A DNA stretch of 64,000 bases from Nitrospirales bacterium. Its GTDB lineage: Bacteria > Nitrospirota > Nitrospiria > Nitrospirales > UBA8639. Positions 57,922 to 64,000 of this stretch are shown here, one piece after another (the stretch's first letter is position 1; every line of letters starts with the position of its first letter). Location: assembly GCA_963422365.1 (NCBI GenBank), contig OY729426.1, positions 1,568,001 through 1,632,000 on the forward strand, in the 5' to 3' direction. The notes under the pieces were generated by a model, which made no database searches, was not told the DNA's origin, and saw only the letters and a program-made list of their open reading frames with translations. The position numbers were made by a program, and so were the translations under genes.

Positions 57922-59604
57922 ATGGCGCAGACAAACATCAATAGTGCAATTGCCAACAAGGCGGTCCTCCGACCAATTGAGCATGTGGCGAAGGAAAAAT
58001 TAGGGCTTGATCGAGAGGACTTGGACCTCTATGGAAAATATAAAGCCAAAATTCCGTTGTCAGTGCTCAACGCTTTGCATGAAAAACCCGACGGGAAATT
58101 AATATTGATGACGGCCATGACGCCCACCACGGCCGGAGAAGGCAAAACCACGACGTCCGTCGGCTTAACCGACGGTTTGGCGAAGATCGGGAAAAAAGTG
58201 ATGGTGGCCTTGCGGGAACCGAGTTTGGGGCCGTGTTTTGGCATGAAAGGCGGCGCATGCGGAGGCGGGTACGCCCAAGTCGTGCCGATGACCGATATCA
58301 ATCTCCACTTTACGGGAGATTTCCACGCCATTACCTCAGCGCATAATCTGCTCTCGGCGATGGTGGATAACCATGTGTATTGGAGGCATGAACCTCTTTT
58401 GGATGCGAGGTACATTACCTGGCGGCGGACCATGGATATGAACGACCGGTCGTTACGCCAAATCGTCACGGGGTTGGGCGCTGCCGCGAATGGCTTTGCC
58501 AGGGAAGGGCATTTCGACATCACGGCGGCCTCTGAGGTCATGGCGGTGTTGTGTCTGGCAACGGATTTACACGATTTGCGACGACGGTTGGGGAACATCA
58601 AAGTCGGACAAATTCCGCACAAAGAATTTGTCTTTGCCAACGATATAAAAGCACCGGGTGCCATGACCGCGTTGTTGAAAGATGCGTTCAATCCCAATTT
58701 GGTTCAGACCTTGGAACGGAATCCCGCCTTTGTGCATGGTGGACCATTTGGCAATATTGCGCATGGGTGTAATTCGGTCGTTGCCACGAAGGCGGCGTTG
58801 AAATTGGCGGAGTACGTCGTGACCGAAGCAGGGTTTGGTGCCGACCTGGGTGGGGAGAAATTTTTTAACATCAAATGTCGGCAGGCAGGGTTAACGCCGG
58901 ACTGTGCCGTGGTGGTGGCAACAGTCAAAGCTTTAAAACTGCATGGAGGAGTCAATCCCCAAGAGCTGACAACGGAAAATCTTGAGGCACTCAAACACGG
59001 CCTGCCGAATTTAGTGCGGCACCTGGACAATATAAAAAAATTCGGCGTGCCCGTGGTCGTGGCCATTAATCGATTCACGAGCGATACCAAGGCCGAATTG
59101 GACCTGGTGCATGAAATCTGTGCCGGTTGTGGAGTGAACGTGGCCTTGGCGAATCATTGGGCCCAAGGAGGGGAGGGAGGCATCGCGTTAGCGGAATTGG
59201 TGGTGAAGACGATCCAAGACGAGCCTGCCGACTTTCATCCCCTCTATGTTGACGACCTGCCGCTTGCTGAAAAAGTCCGGATCGTGTCGCAAGAGATTTA
59301 TGGTGCGGATGATGCGGAGATTCCTTCAGCCGTACTCAAACGATTTGAGGAATTGGAAACCCGGGGCTATGGCCGCTTTCCTGTCTGCATGGCCAAGACC
59401 CAATACAGTTTTTCGACCGATCCTGCCAAGAAGGGTGCGCCCACCGGATTTACCATTCCCATTCGAGAAACACGCTTGGCATTGGGCGCCGAATTTCTCG
59501 TCGTGTTGACCGGCGATATTATGACGATGCCCGGGCTGCCGCGTGTGCCGGCTGCTGAAGCCGTGGGGGTCGGGGCAGAGGGGGAGATCGTCGGACTGTT
59601 TTGA
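57922..59604 (+). CDS. fhs: Formate-tetrahydrofolate ligase
   Basis: [55 protein letters not shown]. Confidence 0.98.
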   Translation: MAQTNINSAIANKAVLRPIEHVAKEKLGLDREDLDLYGKYKAKIPLSVLNALHEKPDGKLILMTAMTPTTAGEGKTTTSVGLTDGLAKIGKKVMVALREPSLGPCFGMKGGACGGGYAQVVPMTDINLHFTGDFHAITSAHNLLSAMVDNHVYWRHEPLLDARYITWRRTMDMNDRSLRQIVTGLGAAANGFAREGHFDITAASEVMAVLCLATDLHDLRRRLGNIKVGQIPHKEFVFANDIKAPGAMTALLKDAFNPNLVQTLERNPAFVHGGPFGNIAHGCNSVVATKAALKLAEYVVTEAGFGADLGGEKFFNIKCRQAGLTPDCAVVVATVKALKLHGGVNPQELTTENLEALKHGLPNLVRHLDNIKKFGVPVVVAINRFTSDTKAELDLVHEICAGCGVNVALANHWAQGGEGGIALAELVVKTIQDEPADFHPLYVDDLPLAEKVRIVSQEIYGADDAEIPSAVLKRFEELETRGYGRFPVCMAKTQYSFSTDPAKKGAPTGFTIPIRETRLALGAEFLVVLTGDIMTMPGLPRVPAAEAVGVGAEGEIVGLF

Positions 59605-59955
59605 TTGTGGCCGTCGCGTGGGAGAGACAAACTCATTCGCATAGTGGTTCACAGACTAGCCTCAACGATCAAGGAAGCATCTTTGACCAAGTGTTGAGCT
59701 TGTTTTGCCCTTATCAAATACTTAAGATAACCAGAGACTTGCCTCAGCCCTTTGATTAATTCACGAAGGTTTACGTATGGCCGATTTTTTCTTCAGTGTG
59801 TTCATTGTCGTCCGGTGGCACATATCTGGATTTATTGCCATAGCCCTAGTAAAGCGACCGGAGCAAGGAAACCCCATTATTTAAGGATATCGTGCTTCCT
59901 TATTCCCGCCTTCTTTAGCGTGCCTATTCGGCCCATTTAGGTTGTGCGGACATCT

Positions 59956-61962
59956 ATGGCTGCTTTTACCTTAGAGTCTGATTTCGCCCCGAAGGGAGAT
60001 CAGCGTCAAGCGATCGATGCGTTGACTGAAGGGGTGAACGTCGGCAAGCCGCATCAGGTCTTGCTTGGTGTTACAGGATCAGGGAAGACGTTTACCATGG
60101 CGAATGTTATTGCCACGGTCCAGAAGCCGACGTTGATCGTGGTGCATAATAAGACATTGGCGGCACAGTTGTACCAGGAGTTTAAATGTTTTTTTCCGCA
60201 CAATGCCGTGGAGTACTTTGTCAGTTATTACGACTATTACCAGCCCGAAGCCTATATTCCTTCCACGGATACCTATATTGCCAAAGACGCCTCGATTAAC
60301 GATACCATTGATCAGATGCGACATGCGGCAACGTCGGCACTTTTGGAACGCGACGATATTATTATTGTGGCCTCGGTCTCCTGCATCTATGGCTTGGGCT
60401 CACCGGAGGTCTATCATGGCATGTTGCTGTACCTCGAAGAAGGGATGGGCATTCGACGAGAAGCCATTCTCGCCAAATTGGTGGAGATTCAATATTCCCG
60501 AAATGATGTCAAGCTTCAGCGCGGTATGTTTCGGGCGCACGGAGATGTCATCGAGATTTTCCCTGCCGCCTCGGATTCGAATACCATCCGCGTAGAATTA
60601 TTTGGCGACACCGTTGAGTCGATTTCTGAAATTGATCCGCTGACCGGCCGGCCACTCGGGCGACTCTCCAAGATTCCCATTTACCCCATGAGTCACTATG
60701 TGATTGCTCCTGATCGATACGACAGGGCCTTGCAGGGAATTGAAGAAGAACTGGAAGAACGCATTGCCTCTTTCCGGCGACACAATCAACTCCTTGAAGC
60801 GCAGCGTGTGGAGCAGCGGACGAAGTTTGATCTCGAAATGATTCGAGCGATGGGCTATTGCCACGGGATTGAGAATTACTCACGACATTTGAGTGGCCGT
60901 GCATCGGGCGAGCCGCCTCCGACGCTGCTGGACTATTTCACCAAGGATTATCTGCTGATTGTTGATGAGTCCCATGTGACGGTTCCTCAATTCGGTGGGA
61001 TGTACGAAGGTGACCATTCGCGCAAGAAAACGTTGGTCGACTATGGGTTTCGGTTGCCGTCGGCCATGGATAACCGTCCGCTGAAATTTAAAGAATTTGA
61101 AAAAGTCATGAAGCAGGTCATCTATGTGTCGGCCACACCCGGGCCGTATGAGTTGACGCATGCCGGCAAGAGCGTGGTGGAACAAATTATTCGGCCGACG
61201 GGCCTGATGGATCCCGTGATCAAGGTCAAGCCGGCGAAGGGGCAGGTGGATGATTTATTGCAAGAAGTGAAGGCGATCATTGCCACAGGCTTTCGGGTGT
61301 TGGTGACGACCTTGACGAAGCGCATGGCTGAGGACCTGACTGAATACTACCACGAGTTGGGGTTGAAGGTTCGGTATCTTCATTCCGATATCCAGACGCT
61401 TGAGCGGGCGGAGATTCTTCGCGATCTTCGGAAGGGAGTGTTTGATGTGCTGGTCGGCATCAATCTGCTGCGCGAGGGGTTGGATCTGCCGGAAGTGGCG
61501 CTCGTCGGCGTGTTGGATGCGGATAAAGAGGGGTTTTTACGCGGCCATCGTGCGTTGATTCAAACCGCTGGGCGCGCGGCCCGAAACAGCGAGGGCACCG
61601 TGATTCTCTATGGCGACCGAATCACCGATTCCATGAAGGTCACCATAGAGGAAACCACTCGGCGACGGCAGATCCAGGCCGAGTATAATCGTGAGCATGG
61701 GATTACGCCGGAGACCATCAAGAAACGAATTCATGATTTGGAATATCACATTGCCGAGGCCGATTACGTTGAAGTGAGTATCGCTGCGGAGGAAGAAGCC
61801 GTCTATGCCACCGAAGCCGATATGGAGACGATGATCGCTTCCTTAGAACAGGAAATGAAAGCTGCGGCAAAAACATTGGAGTTTGAACGGGCTGCGAAGT
61901 TGCGTGATCGGATTCGAACGTTGCGGCAGCAAGAGCTTCGGTTGGGCGGCTCGATACGCTAA
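59956..61962 (+). CDS. uvrB: Excinuclease ABC subunit B
   Basis: [40 protein letters not shown]-terminal UVR. Confidence 0.98.
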   Translation: MAAFTLESDFAPKGDQRQAIDALTEGVNVGKPHQVLLGVTGSGKTFTMANVIATVQKPTLIVVHNKTLAAQLYQEFKCFFPHNAVEYFVSYYDYYQPEAYIPSTDTYIAKDASINDTIDQMRHAATSALLERDDIIIVASVSCIYGLGSPEVYHGMLLYLEEGMGIRREAILAKLVEIQYSRNDVKLQRGMFRAHGDVIEIFPAASDSNTIRVELFGDTVESISEIDPLTGRPLGRLSKIPIYPMSHYVIAPDRYDRALQGIEEELEERIASFRRHNQLLEAQRVEQRTKFDLEMIRAMGYCHGIENYSRHLSGRASGEPPPTLLDYFTKDYLLIVDESHVTVPQFGGMYEGDHSRKKTLVDYGFRLPSAMDNRPLKFKEFEKVMKQVIYVSATPGPYELTHAGKSVVEQIIRPTGLMDPVIKVKPAKGQVDDLLQEVKAIIATGFRVLVTTLTKRMAEDLTEYYHELGLKVRYLHSDIQTLERAEILRDLRKGVFDVLVGINLLREGLDLPEVALVGVLDADKEGFLRGHRALIQTAGRAARNSEGTVILYGDRITDSMKVTIEETTRRRQIQAEYNREHGITPETIKKRIHDLEYHIAEADYVEVSIAAEEEAVYATEADMETMIASLEQEMKAAAKTLEFERAAKLRDRIRTLRQQELRLGGSIR

Positions 61963-61994
61963 CAGGCTCCTACAAACGCCTACACCTACCCATT

Positions 61995-62085
61995 TGTCAT
62001 TCTGAGCCACAGGCGAAAGAATCACTCTTTCCAAAAGAGAGAGCCTTTCAAGCAGATCCTTTCCTTCGCTGTCGCTCAGGTAAGT
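61995..62085. repeat. TGTCATTCTGAG-type palindromic repeat
   Basis: TGTCATTCTGAGC...GATCCTTTCCTTCGCTGTCGCTCAGG resembles the rc of units at 26630-26760. Confidence 0.6.
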
Positions 62086-62097
62086 GCTTGTTACCTG

Positions 62098-62358
62098 CTA
62101 GATGTTTTTGTAGAGATAGATGCCGAGAAAAATACCCAAGATCGTGAGCAGGTTTATTTTGAAGAGAAAGCCGAGGGTGACTTTGATCAAGACTAAATCG
62201 ACAGTAAGGGGTGGGGCTAGGCCCAGGGAGAGCGATCGTGCAAAAATGGTTTGAATCAGCTCGGATGACGAAAAAACGGTGAGAAGTTCACCTAACACTC
62301 CGCCCAGCAGACCACCGATGACAATAAACCCTATTAACGTCCAGCCTGATTTTTTCAC
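62098..62358 (-). CDS. DUF4321-like small membrane protein
   Basis: GGLLGGVLGELL...GLAPPLTVDL...TLGFLFKINLLTILG. Confidence 0.75.
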   Translation of the reverse strand: MKKSGWTLIGFIVIGGLLGGVLGELLTVFSSSELIQTIFARSLSLGLAPPLTVDLVLIKVTLGFLFKINLLTILGIFLGIYLYKNI

Positions 62359-62550
62359 CTGCGCACTCGTTGAAACCGGAAATGAAGAAGACGTATTTTT
62401 CGGAAAACAAAAAATAAGGGAAAATACTAAAAAGAACATACGGCAATCTTCCCAGTAAGTCAAGAAAGCGTTTTTCTTGACAGCCTTTTCAAGGCTTGAC
62501 TAGACTGTACGAAATTTTCTTTGTATTTTCGAAGCGTTAGGAGTGTTTTC

Positions 62551-63942
62551 GTGTTTTCATCTCTCACCGCAAACATCGATGCCGTGCTCAAAAAGCTTCG
62601 GGGAGCCGGTGTTCTCAAAGAACAGGACGTTGTCCAGGCCTTGAAGGAAGTCCGCTTGGCTCTGCTTGAAGCCGACGTCAATTTTAGAGTGGTCAAGGAC
62701 TTCATTGGACGTGTTCAGGAAAAAGCCATAGGCAACAAAGTCCTCGAAAGTCTGACGCCCGGGCAGCAAGTCGTCAAAATTGTGTGGGAAGAATTACGCG
62801 ACTTGATGGGCCATGGACATTCCGGCCTATCGCTCTCTTCTCACCCGCCGACTATTGTGATGATGGTGGGCCTGCAAGGGGCAGGGAAAACCACCACCTG
62901 TGGCAAAGTCGCCCGGTTGTTGACCCAACAAGGAAAGCGCGTGTTACTGATTGCTGCCGACCCGAGACGGCCTGCTGCTGCGGAACAATTAACCGCTTTG
63001 GGCGCCAACATGGATGTTCCGGTTCATCGTGCGGACCGGCTGCTGTCGACTCGCCCAGAGGTCGTGCGTTTTTGTTCAGAGGGTGTCTGTCGTGGGCGGG
63101 ATCACGGCTATGACGTCGTGATCCTGGATACCGGAGGCCGGCTTCAAGTTGATAGCGAATTGATGTTGGAACTGGAAGACATACAGGCTGCCGTGACGCC
63201 ACAAGAAATTTTGTTGGTCGCTGATGCGATGACCGGTCAGGAAGCGGTCAATGTGGCGGAGCAGTTCGATCAACGCGTGGGTGTGACTGGCGTGATTTTG
63301 ACCAAGATTGAGGGTGATGCGCGAGGGGGAGCCCTGCTTTCGATGCGGGCGGCTATCGGGAAGCCGGTGAAGTATCTTGGCATCGGTGAAAAATCCGATG
63401 CGCTGGAACCGTTTCATCCTGATCGTATGGCCGCTCGGATTTTGGGGATGGGTGATGTGTTGTCCCTGATTGAAAAGGCCCAACAATCCTTTTCGCAAGA
63501 AGAAGCCTTGACGTTGCAAAAAAAGGTTTCGAGCAATACCCTGACCCTTGAAGATTTTCGAGATCAGATGAAACAGGTCAAGAAGCTGGGGTCTATGGAG
63601 CAAATTCTGGGCATGCTGCCTGGGGCCGGGAAGCTGAAGTCGATGATGAATCCGGGGGCGAGCCATGAGCTGCCGGAAAAGGAAATGAAGCGGATGGTCG
63701 CGATTATCGATTCGATGACACCCGCAGAGCGTGTGGATCATGCGATCATAAACGGCAGGCGTAAGAAACGCGTGGCCAAGGGGAGTGGAACCTCTGTTCA
63801 AGAGGTCAATCGGCTCATCAAGCAATTCCTCACGGCACGAAACATGTTGAAGTCCCTGGTTGGTGGAAAGCTTGGGAAACAGGGGAAGTTAGGAAAATTC
63901 AAGAAACGGCGAAAGCTGATTCGTGCCCTTCAATCCCCCTAG
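62551..63942 (+). CDS. ffh: Signal recognition particle protein
   Basis: ALLEADVN, GLQGAGKTTT, DTGGR, DAMTGQ, TKIEGDARGG, M domain IIDSMT..ER. Confidence 0.97.
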   Translation: MFSSLTANIDAVLKKLRGAGVLKEQDVVQALKEVRLALLEADVNFRVVKDFIGRVQEKAIGNKVLESLTPGQQVVKIVWEELRDLMGHGHSGLSLSSHPPTIVMMVGLQGAGKTTTCGKVARLLTQQGKRVLLIAADPRRPAAAEQLTALGANMDVPVHRADRLLSTRPEVVRFCSEGVCRGRDHGYDVVILDTGGRLQVDSELMLELEDIQAAVTPQEILLVADAMTGQEAVNVAEQFDQRVGVTGVILTKIEGDARGGALLSMRAAIGKPVKYLGIGEKSDALEPFHPDRMAARILGMGDVLSLIEKAQQSFSQEEALTLQKKVSSNTLTLEDFRDQMKQVKKLGSMEQILGMLPGAGKLKSMMNPGASHELPEKEMKRMVAIIDSMTPAERVDHAIINGRRKKRVAKGSGTSVQEVNRLIKQFLTARNMLKSLVGGKLGKQGKLGKFKKRRKLIRALQSP

Positions 63943-64000
63943 CCCGGTGTTCTTTCTGACGGGTGAAGTTCTCGGGCGCACGACTTGTCGGAATGGCGCG

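Overview
Bacterial chromosomal DNA. Gene content and order suggest Nitrospirota, but this is inferred and not verified. 1-17.7 kb (+) is housekeeping: rpoA-rplQ, lptCAB-rpoN-rapZ, pilMNOP without pilQ, aroC-aroB, and a GAF-GAF-ANTAR regulator followed by an ANTAR-type hairpin/terminator leader, nadE and glnD. About 19.7-50.5 kb (mostly -) is a ~30 kb iron/metal acquisition region with five Fur-box-like operators. It holds a heme-type TonB receptor, TonB/ExbBD, a membrane-SpeE-like-TPR fusion and an exported tandem CbiX-like protein broken by an in-frame TGA. It also holds a two-permease MacAB/FtsX-type ABC system, a porin-lipoprotein-FMN-binding-membrane protein operon with apbE, FbpABC, fur, a His-rich Spy/CpxP-like protein and two paralogous Com-like Cys4 microproteins. 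50.5-64 kb carries a broken CDF transporter, comEA with a sigma54 promoter, M32 carboxypeptidase, a deleted O-methyltransferase, a 700-bp intergenic DnaA-box cluster, tag, an EEP protein, fhs, uvrB and ffh. Intergenic spaces contain nested REP/MITE-like palindromes, and several genes are disrupted. No rRNA, tRNA or CRISPR array was recognised.
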